From NCBI RefSeq assembly GCF_009914755.1, contig NC_060930.1: a stretch of 64,000 nt of DNA. One strand, 5' to 3'. Positions 1-19,210 of this stretch are shown here, piece after piece. The translations under genes were made by a program, and so were the position numbers. The stretch comes from the human T2T-CHM13v2.0 reference genome, Homo sapiens. The notes beneath the pieces are model-generated. The model was given only the letters and a program-made list of their open reading frames with translations. It was not told the origin of the DNA and searched no databases. The first letter of the stretch is position 1. Every line of letters begins with the position of its first letter.

Positions 1-354
1 CCTCAAATCCTGAAATATTAACATACAACAGGCGAAGTTCCAAACATTCATCTACTGTCATCCACTTGTCTACGTGTGAGGATAACACTGGTTGTGAGCA
101 CAGAGGACTAATCATAAAACTCATCATTTGGGTAATGAGACCTTTAGTAGAATAAGATAACACTTCAGATTTATTCTGAAAAAGACAGAAGACTTTTTGG
201 CTGGTGATACCCAGTGTTGTTTCTATGATATTACCTCCCACTGTAGACTATCACGCCTCTCCTTGGATCCAACCATATTTTTGGATTGACCTATAATTGA
301 CTTCGGATTTATTTCAAATAAAATTTCCAAGATATTGCCGTTTTCCCCTTTCTT

Positions 355-4270
<3,916 letters not shown>

Positions 4271-4572
4271 TCCCCTTTCTTAAGTGTATACACAGGTGGG
4301 ATTTAGATGGGATGAGGGAGGAGGGGACACTTAAATCAAGGGAACAGCCTGAGTAATGGCAATATATTCATGTATGAGAGAAGTAATAAGGAGAGTAGCC
4401 AGACTACAGCAGACAATTTCTCCTAGAGGGGGATTGTGGGAGGTTAAGGAGGAATCTTCTGGTGGCACAATCTTATAGAATAGTGGGTGTGCTCGGTTGT
4501 AGAGTGATGGGTGGGTGCCAAAGAGATGTGGAGGAGAAGAAGGTGGCAAAGCTCACAGGTGGGTCTCTCCAC

Positions 4573-5161
4573 TGTGGAGAGAACTGGGTTGCTATCCTGA
4601 GTGCAAAGTCAGGAAGCAGTACACAAAACCACCCTTACTTCTGACACCAAATGCAATTCCAGGGTTTCTGGAGACCACTCTCAGTTTCCATAGTTCACTA
4701 GAAGGACTCACAGAACTCACTGAAAGCTGTTATATTCATGGTTTTGATTTATCACAGTGAAAGGTTACAGAATCAAATCAGTCAAGGGAAGTGATACATA
4801 GGGCAGTGTCCAGAAAAGTCCCCAACAAAGAACTGATTGTTCTCTTCCAGCATATTGTGGACAGCATTAGCTTTCCCAGTAACATTGTGAGGCAATATGC
4901 ACAAAGTACTGCCAACCAGGGAAGCTCACCCACGGCTTGGTGCCCAGAGTTTTTATTGGGACTCAGTCACACAGACCTGGTTGATCACCCATGTGTTCGA
5001 CCTCAGTCTCCAGCCCCACCAAAAGCACATTATTAGACTGCTGGCGTGGCCCAAGTCCCTCAGGTAGACAAAGATATGACATTCTAAGGGGTTAGAGAGT
5101 ACCTCCCAGGGCCCAAGGAAAAAGCCAGGCTTCTCTTTGGGTATGGGCAATTTATTACTAT
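4573..5161. mobile_element. MER21-like LTR
   Basis: Resembles the recalled consensus (acttctgacacc...ctagaaggactcacagaactca...gctgttata). Confidence 0.6.
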
Positions 5162-8100
5162 ACCCTGAGGTAACATATTTTGTTCTTCATTTTGTCCCCT
5201 TTTTCTTTTCTTCTTCTTCTCATTTCTGTCCTTTTCCAAAATTTTTAAGGTATATATCTATGCCCAAACAGTCTATGCCCAGAAGACCCTCTCCTCTGCT
5301 GCTGTCCAGTCACTGTCATAGTGACTGGGTTCTATGTACTGAGAACAGGGTCAGTGGCGTCTCTTCATTCTAAGTTTGACAAACGCCGCAGAGTATGCTG
5401 GGAAAATTTCCTGGTGCCAGGACCCTGGAGAATGTTATTTGCAAGACAGTTTCCTCCTCAAGTTGAAAAAATACACAAACAAATACAAGTCACGTCAGAA
5501 ACCAAGTACTAAAAGTCTGAATCCCATGGCAGCATAGGGATTGCCCCTTTCCACTAGGGATAGAGCATGCTGAAGATTTATTCTGGGTCATATAGTCTCA
5601 AACAATGAGAGTTCTTAAAAATATTAAATTACCCTAAATAAATTGACTATGTGATTCAGGTAAGGCTGCCTCACAGCCTTAGAATAGGTCCTTTTAAAGC
5701 TCTCTCAGGTGTCTTTTTGTTTTATTTGAGATTCCTTTCTTTGCCACCCTGTTTCCTTCAGTGAATGCTCAGCCAGGGAAAGCCTTCTCAGAAAACGAGG
5801 AGATTTCACCACCTTGAGTCTTTGATCTTCCTTAATTATCTTTAGAGATTTCTATAAGAGTAGCCTGCCTTAATTTTTTTTTTTTATTCTTTGGAAACAT
5901 CAGACTGGGTCCAGCTTTGGGCTTATGCCTACATTATAAATGCTAAAGGGCTTTATTTGCAAATAAATTACTTCCCACACACACTTGTCAAACTAAATCA
6001 TAAGGCACAAAAATAAAAGGACTTGAATTGACAAAAATGATAATTATTCGCAAAGGGAAACCATTTCAAATGTGTTCCTACTTACCCACACCTACTTTTT
6101 GATCTTTGGTCCAAAAACCCTCTTAAATTAAGCGTTTTGCTTTCAGTGCACTTATCTCAGAATTGTGGAATGAAATAAATAGGGAACATAAATGGCATTA
6201 TTTTAAAATAATGCAATTTGTGTCTAGTATGGTCATGTGTGGTACTCTTACTTATTATGCTGAACTGTAATTTAAAATAGTTCATATCCTATATACTAAA
6301 AACTAACCCAGGGTTTTCTCCTACATTTTCAAAAATCATTATTATACATTCATATTGTCATTAACATTGATCATGCTGCCAGACAAGTGTTCTGCTTTAT
6401 ATATTTAATTAGATGTTTTATGTTTTATACTTGCACCTTGAGGTAATCTTAACATGAAGGGGACAATTTTGTAACTGCAAAAAAAAAAAAAAAAAACCCA
6501 ACACATATAATGAATAATATGTTTCCTGCTGCATAGAACTTTTAAAAGCCAAAATTCCTGCCTCAAAATGTTTTCAGGCTAAGGAAATTATTAGGAAAAT
6601 TAAATGCTTTTAAAATGTCAAGAGTGAGTTAGTTCACTTATTTGGTTTGAGTTTTGGTTTGTTTGATGTATTCATGAAACCTGTTCTTATAGATGAGTCT
6701 ATTTTTGCTGAAGAGAAATTATGAAGGTTTATTAAATAGGTTATTTGTAATCCTTAAAAAATTAAAGATAATGTAAGTGCCCCAAAATAGGAGGCTGGTT
6801 GCATAATGATGGAGCATCCATACAATGTGGCCCATAAAAGTCAGGATGTAAAATATTTAATGATATAGAAAAATGTTTACTATATGTTAAGTGAAAAAAT
6901 AAGATTATAATGTAGTATGCACAGAATACTCCTTATTTGATTAAGAAAAAGTATGTATTCTATGAATAAATAATATATGTCAATATGCACAGAAAACACT
7001 GAAAGGATGTTCATACTAGGTTAATAGTGGTTCTCTTTACATAAATTAGGCATGGTTTGGAAGATCATAAATCATTAATTCTTAGAGACAAAGAAACTTT
7101 GAGATCACTTAATTCAGTTGCTCATTAACTCACCAGATAACTCATTCCATATACCGATTGATCCAAATATTTGGGAGTTTTTTCTTAACTTGTGTCTGCC
7201 TCCCTGTAATTTCCACTAGCTGATCCTATGTCTGCCCTCTGGAGCAGTGGGGAATAAATTCAATTCTTTATACATGACTGCTTCAACTATTTAAAGACAA
7301 CTCCCAGTTCTTCCTAAATCTTTTTTTCTTCAGGGCGACAGTTTATTCAGTCTTTCTTTATGGTTTCCTGACTCCTCCCATGGCCCCACCATACTTACCT
7401 GGAGGCCCGGGAGTTGTTTGCATCCCTCTAAAATGAGTCATCCACAGTAGACCCTGCATTCCAAGTGTTCTTTGGCCAGATAGAAGCCAGTAAACCTCTT
7501 TGTTCCTTTGATCTCTGCGTAGCAAAAGCTGTCATTCATATCAACTTAAAGTTAACTAAAACTCTTTCAGGAAGTTTCTGCATAAGCAACTATTAAGAAC
7601 CATCTGATCCAATCTGAGTTTATTCTATTAATTATTTGAATCCAAAGCAGGACCCATACAGCTACAACAATCTGTTTTTCAGCTTCTGGTCTTTATATTA
7701 ATCCTTCATATGCCATATTTTACTTGTTTTAGTCCATATCTAAGTCTATCAAATACTGATATGTTTTAGGAAATAAAAAATCTATAACATTTAGTATGGA
7801 AAATAAGGACCAGTACAAAATGGCAAAACCAAGGAAAAAAAGAAATTCAATAATATCATATATAGTAGAGTGGTTAGTCAAGAAAAGGACATAAAATATG
7901 CTTGCTTTTTCCCTGACTTTTACAAGCAGGCCTCATTATTGGGCTTTCAGCCCTGTACCTACACAGAAGCACTCCCCAATGATATAGCTTGGACAGACCT
8001 CCCTACATTTTCCTCTTCATAATCCCATCCAATATTATGGCTTCAGCAATTATAGCTAATTTGTAAGTCCCAAAACTACATATTTGAGTCTGACTCTTGA

Positions 8101-11100
8101 ATGAAATTCCAATGCCAATTTTCAGTTACTTCCTCTGTGTTCTCTACTTGGATGCTCATCTATGCATCTCTAAAAAAACTGAAGTCACCATACTCTCCAA
8201 AGTTATCCCTTCTCCTTTGGTTTCTAATCTGTTTGTAATAATTCTGTCCTTCTTGCTGGACAGCTTTGCATTTTAATCAATTAATTCATTCACTCATCAA
8301 ATATCACTGGGCACCTAAAATCTGTCTTGCACCAATGACTATGTGCTGAGGATATGGTGGTGAATTAAAGTTCTTTCCCACATAGAGCCTCATTCTAGGC
8401 TACAAATTGTGTTATATAAGTGCAGTGATTTAAAATAAAATAAGAGAGAGAGCGTAAGAGTGTTTGCTTTCCACATTTAATAAGTCTCCAAGGCCTTTCC
8501 CTTCACTTTTAATGTCTCTGGTATTTATCCTTATTCCTCAGATCCCACACTATCCAAGTTCTGCTTTCAATGTGCCTCATTTGACAAATGGCAAAAATGT
8601 CTTGGTTTAACCCAGTTCATTTGAAAAAATATGTATTGAGCCCTTACCATATGCTGGGCGCTAGAATTGATACCGATCCCAAAATGATTTCTAAAAAATT
8701 TGCAATCTAGAAAGAGGGAGGAAACAAGCATCCAACCCACTTAAATACAAAACAAAATTGATAAACTCAGAAATTATACTCAACCAGCCATGGAAATTCA
8801 CAAGATGGGGAGCTTCTGGAGAGGACTCAGTTAAAATGCTGCTTGAAGAATGGATGGGACCTTTACAATTTGCATTTGGGGAGGCAAAAGCACTCTCGGC
8901 AAAAGACTGGATGAGTCAAGAGAGGAATACCGAAAAGCACAAATGTCCGAATAATAGTGGGTGGTGCCATTTGCTGGGAGCTTAGGTTATTGGTAGAGGA
9001 AGCCGAGGTTAGGAAGGTAAACTGGGGCCATTCTGTGAAGAGTTTAAAAGGCTGGTTCAAGGAATTTGTATGTAATTCATTAAACTATGGAAACCTATTT
9101 TCTTCTCTTTGGAATGTGCATGACCTTTCTGTTAATCTGTTTGTTTATAAAACATGAGATAACTGCTTTCCACTAACCTAGGATATTGGCATACGTGTTG
9201 GAACAGTACCTTATTATATGAAAGCTAAGTAAACATTGGTAGATGGTGGTATGAATGTATTTATGTCTCAAAATTATGTTTCTGAGCTTTGGAGTATTTT
9301 AGGTTCCCATTATTTTGAAATTAGATAAAGGCTGCCAGTGAGACAATTTACAAAGTTCTATTCTCTTAACTTTAAATAATGAAGAAAAAAAAGCATTCTC
9401 CTTCAGCATTTATCAAAATTCAACAAACTGGCAGAGTCTAAAAAACACAACAAATGTGACCACAAAATTTTAGTAGAGTATCTTCAGATGTTAATGAATG
9501 TCTGAATGAAAATACCATAAATATGGTTTCTTCTAAATATATGTAAATAATTACCCATTTCTAGAATGAAACATTAGTTTCCAAAGAAGTAATTTGTCTT
9601 TCTAAACAAAAAAGACTGAATTGTTTAATTTAAATTTTGCATCAAGTTACAAAAGGAAATTCCCATTTGAACTGGTTTATTTCAAAAGCAAATAAACCAG
9701 TTGAGGTTTTCAAATATAGAATTATATGTATTGTGTTGATGACTTGTCATAACAAACAACATTCTGGTGTAACTTCTTATTCTGTACATGGACAATCTTC
9801 AAAGTATGGAATTGGTAACGAGTATAGTACTTTGTACTATATGGAGTAGATTTGAAACCCAATAAGATTTCAAAATTGGCCAATTTTACCAAGAAAACAT
9901 GAAGAAAGGTTTCCATGGTTTCAGAGAATCAATAGTGCCCTCTAAAGGAAATCTATGTGAGGTACATTCAATATCTAGGTTTAATTCAGCACTTATTCCA
10001 CGAAAATGCTACTTAATTGTAACTTATAATAATACAGATTAAAAATTACAAAAAGAATGCAGGCCAGCCCTCGTCATAAGTATCACAAGTAGCTGTCTAC
10101 ACCAATGCTGGACTGGCTGGCAGAGCCACTTCGGTCCTAGTTGCTTTTGCCCCTTGTGAACTGTTGTTACCATCCTTATGGAAAGTTCCTAGAAAGGGAA
10201 AAGGGGATAATTTCCAAGTAGAGGATTAGACATCCTAGGATTTGGAGAGATTGGAACCCCAGAACAGATCCAAGTAGGTATCTTGGGAAAACATGCTACA
10301 CTGAAGAAAATATCTGCAGAATTAAATGCTGAGAAAGTCAGCTTTTGCCCAGGGCAATCGCTGAAAACCTGTGTAATGGGAAAGATAGACAAATTAGCTG
10401 AATTAGAAGAGGGCAGGCAGTGTAGCCTGGCTGAAACCTATGAGCATGAAAAGAAAAAGTGATATGAAACATTTATGGATTTTTATTTGTCCATCTAATT
10501 TTGTGGTTTATGGTTTTGCTTCTGTCCATTTTTCAAACACACACAGATCCATTCACAAATAGCTTGATAATGTCACAAGAAATATTGGGCAAAACCATAT
10601 ATTGCTATTGCCAATTAGGAGCAGAGCAAGTCTTGGCGATTACTATCTGCCTTACAGACATTAAAAAGTCAGTGAGTACAGAAGATTATTAACTCCAGAT
10701 ATTAATGGCTGCAGCAGAGTTACTGTCATAATGAGATGGTTGGGAATGAAAACACTTCATTTATTGTTACCAAAACTACACGTATAGAGCACTGTTTACA
10801 TTTTTAAAACTTTTCCTCCAGAGTTCAGGTCCAGCTTTATCAGATAACAAAGATCACAGAGTAGGTCGGCACTTAGCATGTACACCTGTAGAAAACTTAC
10901 CCTGAAATATTGGACAACTTACCCTGACATATTACTATACATATATCACTTCACCTGAGCCTCACAATAACTCATGGGGTTGGCAGAGCAGCTACTATAA
11001 TAGCAGAGCAAGACAAAAAAAATCTTGTGGAGCATGAGTCATATTATGTGGGAAAATTAATTTTCCAATATCTATTTTTCTACTTATTGATTGGAATATT

Positions 11101-11149
11101 AAAACACTTGAAGATATACTAGGTTAAATGTTAATGGAAATAAAAAAAT

Positions 11150-12200
11150 CTGCTAAGATGATACCGCGGCATCAACCACAGTCAGCAAGCTGTTCCCCAG
11201 CTTTTGGGACAATCCAGGTTAAATGGCACATTTCAGCAGAGAAGCTGTGGTAAGTAGAGCAAGGGGACAGCACTGCACCATCTTAATTAGATGTGACACA
11301 TTAGTCTGAAGTAATCTGAGAATTAAAGCAAATAGAGCCATCTTTAGCAGGTTCCTCAAAATGAGACCAAAGCTACAAGTTGTGTCATCAGAGCAGAAGG
11401 ACAGCAGGAGCTGCTGGAAGCAGCTGACTGTTATCACCACATCACATCGACTCACAGGCCTCCTAGGGTGTATTTGGAACTTCACAGGCTACAGTTCAAA
11501 GGGACTTTAAATGTTCGTTTAGGTTTTCCTTCCAATGGCTCTTAAAAGAGAAATCCCAGAGAGCAAAGATTCCTTTAAATCTCCAGGGCAGGAGGTAACA
11601 CAAAACCCCTCCTCCTATAATTTATTATTTTTAGCTAAGAGGCTAATTTAAAGGAGGAGCCAAAGACGTGCTTGTAGGGAGTTTATCACCACCATAGCAT
11701 GGCACAGTGGCTGGCTGGGCAGGAACCATAGGATTCCTTAGGTCTGACTGCCCTGTCTCCAGTGTGTAATGGAAGAGATATGTGCAGCATTCTCTCAGCA
11801 TTTTCAGAATTCCCTTCTGGAACCAAGGCCCTGCTCAAGAACAATGGCTCTAGATGAAGTTTGCTGCTCATAGGTGCTTCTGGATGAATAAGCAAGAACG
11901 TTTCTAGCCTGGGCAACAGACACAGCCTAGGTACAAGTGAGTGTTGGAGAAGCTGCCTTCAGTACCCTGGTCATCAGCCACAGCCCTGAGTCTGAGGAAG
12001 GGGCTGTTGTGTTCCTGCTGATGCCCACAAAAACTGAGGCTTATCACTGCCACAACCCAGCTCCACTTGTCCTGTTAGCTATTTTTATTATACTGTACTA
12101 TATGGTCATCAGTACTTGGACACAGACAAAAATGGCATGGACAGAATTCCACGTGGTTAGGCAGGGCAAGTTATTAAAATCCCCAATCGGCTGCTAGCAA
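11150..12200. mobile_element. Degraded ERVL-class LTR/internal fragments
   Basis: tcccttctggaaccaagg resembles ERVL internal sequence. Boundaries are uncertain. Confidence 0.35.
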
Positions 12201-15200
12201 AACTAACAGAGGAGTTAAATAACTGGACCTGAGGACACTGCTAGCGAACAACCCTGTTTCCACCCTTTAAGCCAATGCTCTTCGCTTTTCGTCACTTACA
12301 CACTTTACTTTGGGTCATGTGTCAATGAGGCAATCCAATAAAATAACAAACACTCAAGGGAGGAGAGCAGAAGTACTTCCCCTTAGACTCTCCTCTCTAA
12401 GGTCTTTCGGGAGATATCTTAAAATGGTCACTGTCTTCGTAAAAATTTTAGGCTGGAAAGGACAGAATTTTGTTGTGATTTTTAGGTTGACGAAAAGGAG
12501 TAAATGTACATCTTTTAGTGTCTCCCATGGGATGTTCAGAGTACATACCCACAGAATCTTTTGGGTGTTTATGAAAACTGGCCAGGATAACAGGGTTCTG
12601 CTACGTGTCAGGATGGGGGAGGGTGTTGCTGGGAGACAGGTCTTGAAGGGTACTACATTGATAAAGGAAAGTCATCTGTATGAAAACCCTCTGTCAAGGT
12701 GACTGCAGTTATTAAACTATGGAGTCATTCAGGATGTTTCCTGTGAACAATGGAGCAGTTATTCTCATAAATTTTAGTTTTATTTTACTAGATTTAAGCA
12801 GCATTTTGGTGTCCAGAAAAGCAGGAGCCCTGGGAAAGTTTTGAAGGTCTTGTGAGATAGGACAAGGAAATAATAGTCAATGGGGCTGTGTACCTAAATG
12901 AGCATTGGTCCAGAGTATTCATGGCAACAATAGCTTACTCGGTCTTCTGATAAAGAGAAAGAAACTAAATCCTGAAAAATATTTCTAGAGTCTTACTCAT
13001 TACAGGGGCAATCAATGGTGTTAGAGAAACTTCAGCCCTAGTTTCTTCTGCCTACTGTGACCTGTTGTCACCATCCTTGTGGAAAATTCCTGGAAAGGGA
13101 AAAGGTGATGATTCATGACTAAAGGATTGAACATACTGAATTCTCAGAGATAGGAAACCCAGAAGTTAAGAAGTGTCATTTGGCCTCCATTAGTCTATTT
13201 AATCCCAGTAGCTTAAGGTTGTATTAATCAGGAAAACATACTTTTATGAGCATCAAAAATTGGAAAGCTAAAAACGACATTGCTGGAATGTAGGGTCCTG
13301 GAAACTATCTTCCTCCCATTTGGGGCATTTTTCTGCTGGCAACCAAGACTGTGGGGACCGGCAAATACAGTTTGCAGCTGCTTCAGGGGCAGCAGGAGCC
13401 AAACTCTGGACTCCGGTGTCCAGCGACTGTGGTGATGTTGGCTTTCTAATTCTGGTCTTTTATTGTCTGAGTTGTAGCTGGATGATGCATTCTTGAAGTC
13501 AGGTGGCCTCCTGATTGTAGTAGAAAAGTGATTCCCCTGTAGGTGGTCAGCCAGTGTTCTATGAATCACACCCAGAAGCCCAATGTAGAGCCTGCTCCTC
13601 CAGTTCTTCCAATTTCATAAGCACCTCACTCCTTGTATTAAATCCTTTCTGTTTAAAGTATCTAGAGGTTTCTGCCTTAGGTACTATGCTGTCTGATGCA
13701 CAGAGTACTAGGAAAAACAAAAGAGACCTACACTAAACAAGTTCTGTTGATATTTTCATGTCAGTAATAAAGAAATAAAATCTAGGTAAACAAAGAATCT
13801 ACTAAGGAGAAAAAATCCGAATTAAAGTTATCTGTAACACTTAATACCAAGAGAATTGGCATGGTATCAAATTTGGGAAAAGTGCATGTCCCTAAGATTT
13901 ATAACCCATAGTTGCATAACACGGACTCTGAGAAGCTTGCAATAAAGAAGTATGCTTAATTTTGTTTGCCCAAGTGTTTCCTAAATTTATTTCAGAATGA
14001 CAGTCATTATTTGGGAAATACTAATTTATTTAATTATGAGGGAAAAAGTACAGTGTCAATATAACTAAGAAAACATTTGAAACATCAAAAACAAAAGATT
14101 GGAATTTACTAAGTGAAGACAGATACAGAAGAAAAACCAGTAAGCAGTAAAACCAACAGAGTTAAAGTCTAAGTAACTGTTAATACAGTTATTAAATTTA
14201 GTATGCATATCAAGTAAAAGTCTTGAAAGGGAATGTAAAGTAATAATAATAACAATATGAATTTACATTCCTATAACATTTGAACAAAAACCAGCAAATG
14301 GGAAAGGGGGAATGAAGAAAATAGGATAATTTTTATATCTTCCACTGAGAGGGTCAACAGATTTGGGTTATTCTTGACACAGAGAGAAAAATTTAGGAAA
14401 TAAATAACTGAGTGAACAAGTGTTTAATGATGAGGTAATATAAAAGTACTATGATTAATAACATTCAAATCAATAGACAGAAAAAAACAAAACCTAACAG
14501 AGGAAAAAAAAAATCAAGAACTTCAAGTATTAGCTGGTTAATGTTAAACAAAACCCAGCAGTGACAACTCTAAGTGTAACAAGCAAAAAACACTTATGCT
14601 GGCTTTTAAAGAAATCCAAATATATGCTCTTTATAAGAACATATCAAAGACAAAACCATATAGAAGGCATAAAATAAATCAAGGGATGAACAAAAACATG
14701 AGACATGCAAACCAAAGAGAAGTAGGGGGTCTTGATGTCAACACCAAAATAAAATTCAAGGTAAAAGAAATTACTTGAAGCAAAAGGGAGACTTTTATGT
14801 TGCCAAAAATTACACAATAATGACAAAGGGAAGTGATACTATTTTCTCCCTCTGAGTGCTCCCCCTGATAAGTGTTAAGTGTTAAGGTGCACCTCCAGAA
14901 GTGCCTCCCCTTAGCTCTCATTTGTTCCTTCCACAGGGTTAACTTATTTGATCAGTGAAATCAGAAAAGGATCATTCTGCATTCGTGGACTACTCTCATT
15001 GACACACTCGCTTACCCATCTGAAAACAGCGTGAGTTCTGTGTGGAAACCTCCCTGAATCATACAATGGTAAAATTAAAATCTGGCTTTGGAAAAATTCA
15101 GCCCTCCCACCTAAGCCATCCAATGAACAATAAAACAGTGTGCTTGCTATGCAGACACCACTTCAAGATACACTCCCAAGCATGCTCTTCCAATCACATT

Positions 15201-15544
15201 GTTGTTCCTATCCCTACCATTTAAAAATTCTGGGGCAACTGCCTTTTCTCATCTACCTTTATTTATGACTAAATAAAGTGAGTAAGTAGTGGAAAGTCTG
15301 TTTTGGTTAGAAATTCAGTCCTGAATTAGAGAAGTCCCCTAATTCAGTGTAGCATGCAAAGAAGCTAATATTTCATCCGATCCAATCCAATTCGAGTATC
15401 TTTCTCAATTAGTTTATAAACTGGAAAGGAAAGAGTTGTGAGTATTTAACACCCTCCAAACCTCCAAAATGGGGACCATTAACTTTATTGAAAATACATT
15501 AAAGAAATATATAAGAAGAAACTGACAAAATCACATTTTATTTT

Positions 15545-15664
15545 CATTTTTATTTGTAAATAAATAGAGAGGGGGTCTTGCTATGTTGACCAGGCCTCAA
15601 GTGATCCTCCCATCTTGGCCTCCCAAAGTACTAGGATTACAGGAGTAAACCACCATGCCTGGCT
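15545..15664 (-). mobile_element. Old Alu monomer fragment (FLAM/AluJ)
   Basis: ctcaagtgatcctcc...cctcccaaagtactaggattacagg. Confidence 0.75.
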
Positions 15665-16015
15665 GACAAAATAACATTTTTAAAAGGAAATGAATGCTCT
15701 CTTTCAATCTTAAATTGAGCAAAAGGACAAAGAGCAGAACTGAAATTTGTATTCTACAGAGAGTTCTCATTCTTTTCATGTATTCATTAAAAAAAAATCT
15801 GCAAAATTGATCATATACTAAGCTCCAAATAGAATCTCAATAAATTTCAAAAAGTAACAATTCTACTTGCCATATTCTCTAACTATAAAAATAAAATCAG
15901 AAATTAACAATACAAGACAATGACAAAATAAAATTTTAAATGGAACCGAAATATAAAATAATCTTAACCACCTGGTCACAGAGGTAATTAAAATCACAGT
16001 TTAAGACACTGGAAT

Positions 16016-16435
16016 TGTATCAGATGCCTCCTGTGTACCACCTCACATCCTCTTGGTCTCATCTCTGATTCCAGTTATATTTGTGGCAAATATTTCCATA
16101 TAGGTTGCAAACTGTTTTGTGCACAGGGCAGCTCACCTAAAGAGTTAGTCATACTCAGTACTCATGGATTCTCAAGTAGGATTTGTGAGAAGGAGTCAAT
16201 GGAGAAATACTTCTCCCCTTTGTCTTTTGAGGAGACAGTTCCAAGACACATTCAGTACAATCCTCAGAATGTCCTTATCAATTCACTAATGAATGCACAT
16301 ATTGGAGTTCCCTCCTTTCCTTGTTTTCTCTGGCCCCTCACTCCCACTTTCTGGGATCACTTCCCCAGCCAACTACTTGTACACAAGCTCTTGTCCCAGG
16401 CTTACCTTTCCCTTTCCCTGGAACATAAGTAAGTC
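16016..16435 (+). mobile_element. LTR16-like ERVL LTR
   Basis: The 3' end gggatcacttcccc...aactacttgtacacaagctcttgtccca resembles the LTR16 family. Confidence 0.5.
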
Positions 16436-16579
16436 AAGTACGGTCCTGAAAAGCGAACCATCAGGGTGGTATCTGGAGCCAAATTTACCAGTCAGATGGC
16501 GAAAAGAATTTCACTGTGGTGGGATGACTTCAAATAACAGAGAGATGACTGGGGATGTTACTGCAACAAGATTGCCTAT

Positions 16580-19210
16580 AAGCACTGAATATATTTAACT
16601 ACAGGATAAAAACTAAAGCAAATGCAGAATAAAGTATCAGAACAGAGTGCAAATGTTTTATGTCTTGGTGTGAAAATTACAAAACTAATAAAAGTTGGGA
16701 AGAAAAAGGAGAAAAAATAGCAGCTAAAATAAGTATATTGCTTTCCTTATTTGTAATAGTTTAGAGTTGAAAGGTATCATTTAAAGCTGACAAACCAAGT
16801 CGTAGAAATATAAAAATATTTAACAGTATAAAGAATAAGAAAGACAATATTATATTATCAACTAAAATCTATTGTTGAAGAGGAGTCATGAAAAAGAAAC
16901 ACACTAATTTTCAACACTGCTGAATATGGAACTTATAGATACTGCCCAAAGTAATAGAAGATCAAAGGTATTAGGCATGAGAAAAAACCCAACAGACTTT
17001 TCTTAATATCAGAAAAAAATACACACACAAAAGAAGATAAACCATATAGTGAAAGATATTTTAAGCACTGCTAAAGCAGAGTACATAAAATAATACGATG
17101 GAATAAAGATCAAATGTATCTGAATATCAATAAATGTCAAGCTACTTAACTTACACATTGAAAAAAAGATTTTCAGACTGGATCACAAAACCGTCCAACT
17201 CTATGTTTTATACAAGATACACACCTAAAACAAAACAATCCAGAAAGGTTACAAATAAATACTAGGCAAGCATCCCTCAAAATAAAAATAGAATCAAGAT
17301 CTTAATATCAAAAAAGGTAGAATTCAGACCAAAAAGCAAACAATAATCTACAAAAATAAGGACTTTCTTAAAGCCAAAGGGCACAATTTACAGTGAGGGT
17401 ATAATTATGAATCTTTTATGCATCAAATAACACTCTTGCATATTAAATAAAACAACCATTACAGAAATTACAAGGAGAAACAGAAATACATTCTACTAAC
17501 ATAATTCACCACATTACATTGAGACAATCATAGCCTATCTGTGGCCACCAAAAAAGCATATGAAAAACAACTGAACAGCCAGTTTTTATTATAAATACTC
17601 AAGTAAAATGGGAAAAGATGTATATTTGCCTAATGTAATAAATCTATCTCAGCCCAAAAGTCAGCATCATGCTTAAAGGGAAAAGAGGAGAAGGCAAACC
17701 AACTAAAAAATATGTACAAGACAATTATGACCTCTATCACCATTATTATACAATACTGTGCTGGAGGAAGAAGCCAATGCAATTAGCCAAGAGAAAGAAA
17801 TTAGAGAGCTTTAAAATGGAAATGAAGACTTAAAACTATCATTATCAAAATTATTATGTACCTGGAAAACTAAAAAAATAGCTTTTACTTATACAAATAC
17901 TAATGAGATAAGATATGAAAGACCACATTAACAATGGCAACACAAAGGTTTAAAAATCTATAGAATCACAAGAAATGTGTAAGACCTATACAAAAACAAT
18001 AACTACAACAAAACTTTAAAACATTACTGAAGTATAGAGAAGAATTAAACAAATGGAAACATATACTATATTCTTTGATAGGTAGGCCAAACATTATAAA
18101 AGCATGGATATAATATTTAAATAAAAGCACCAAAATGTTTTTTTAAAAAGCTAAACAAAATGATACTAAAGTTTATAGGCAAAATGTATACATAAAGGAA
18201 TGAAAAACTTGAGATGAGTAACAGGTTGGAGAGTCTAGTGTCACTAAATATTAAAATATAATTTACAGTTTCAAACATTAAAATAGGGTGATACTGGCAC
18301 ATGAATAAACAGGCAACCAGTGGAACAGAATAAAAATTCCAGAAATAGATCCAAATACATAAAATAATTTAGTATATAATAAAGGTGTAATTTCTAATCA
18401 AACTCAAAGATGGGCTATTTAACAAATGGCATCAGGCTAGGTGGATTGCCACTTGGAAAAAATTAGTTAAAGCTGTATCTCACAGTATATATATGTATAA
18501 ACTCTATAGAAAATAAAACTTAGAATGTTAGATAAAAATTAGAGAATCCTTTTATAACCCTAGAATGATTAAAAATAAATGACTGATAAATTTTACATAA
18601 AATAAAAAAGTAAGCATGGTAAAAAGAAAAAAATACAATAAGCAAAATCAAAAGATAAGAGATGATTTGGAAGAAAAGTTTTCAAGTCACATCACAGGTA
18701 ATTGACTAATCTATCTAATATATAACTCAATCTTGGAGATAAAGATCAATAATCTAATGGTAAAATGGGGAAAGAATATGAATAGGTAGTTCAGAAGTGT
18801 ATGGCTCTTAAATGCAATCTCCAATTAAGGGAAAGGCAAATTTCCTTACAAATATTGAGCTATCTATCAAAAGGGCTTAACAGGCACTTACACTGATGAG
18901 TGTGTAAATTGGTTAAAACCATGGTGGATAAAATTGTAGTATCTGTTAAACTAACAAATGATATACCTTCTGATCCATCAATTCCATTTCTGGAAATTTC
19001 TCCTACAGCTATACTTACACACAAGTAAAACTAATGTACAAAGTCATTTAATGAAGCATTATCTGTAATAGCAAAGACTGGAAGCAACCCAAATACCTAT
19101 CACAGGAGGACTGGTAAATTAATGCTGGTATATCCATAACAATTGATTAGCATGAAGCTATCTCTTAAAAGTGAAGAGGGTTTCTATGTAATGATATGAA
19201 AGGATCACGA
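16580..19210 (+). mobile_element. Old, highly degraded L1M
   Basis: A-rich strand with ORF2 remnants (gccaatgcaattagccaagagaaagaaat; gatactggcacatgaataaac; tgatccatcaattccatttctgg). Confidence 0.7.

Noticed and set aside
12310-13569. 130-aa and 113-aa ORFs
   Set aside because: No recognisable homology; they lie in degraded repeat-like sequence and are consistent with chance.
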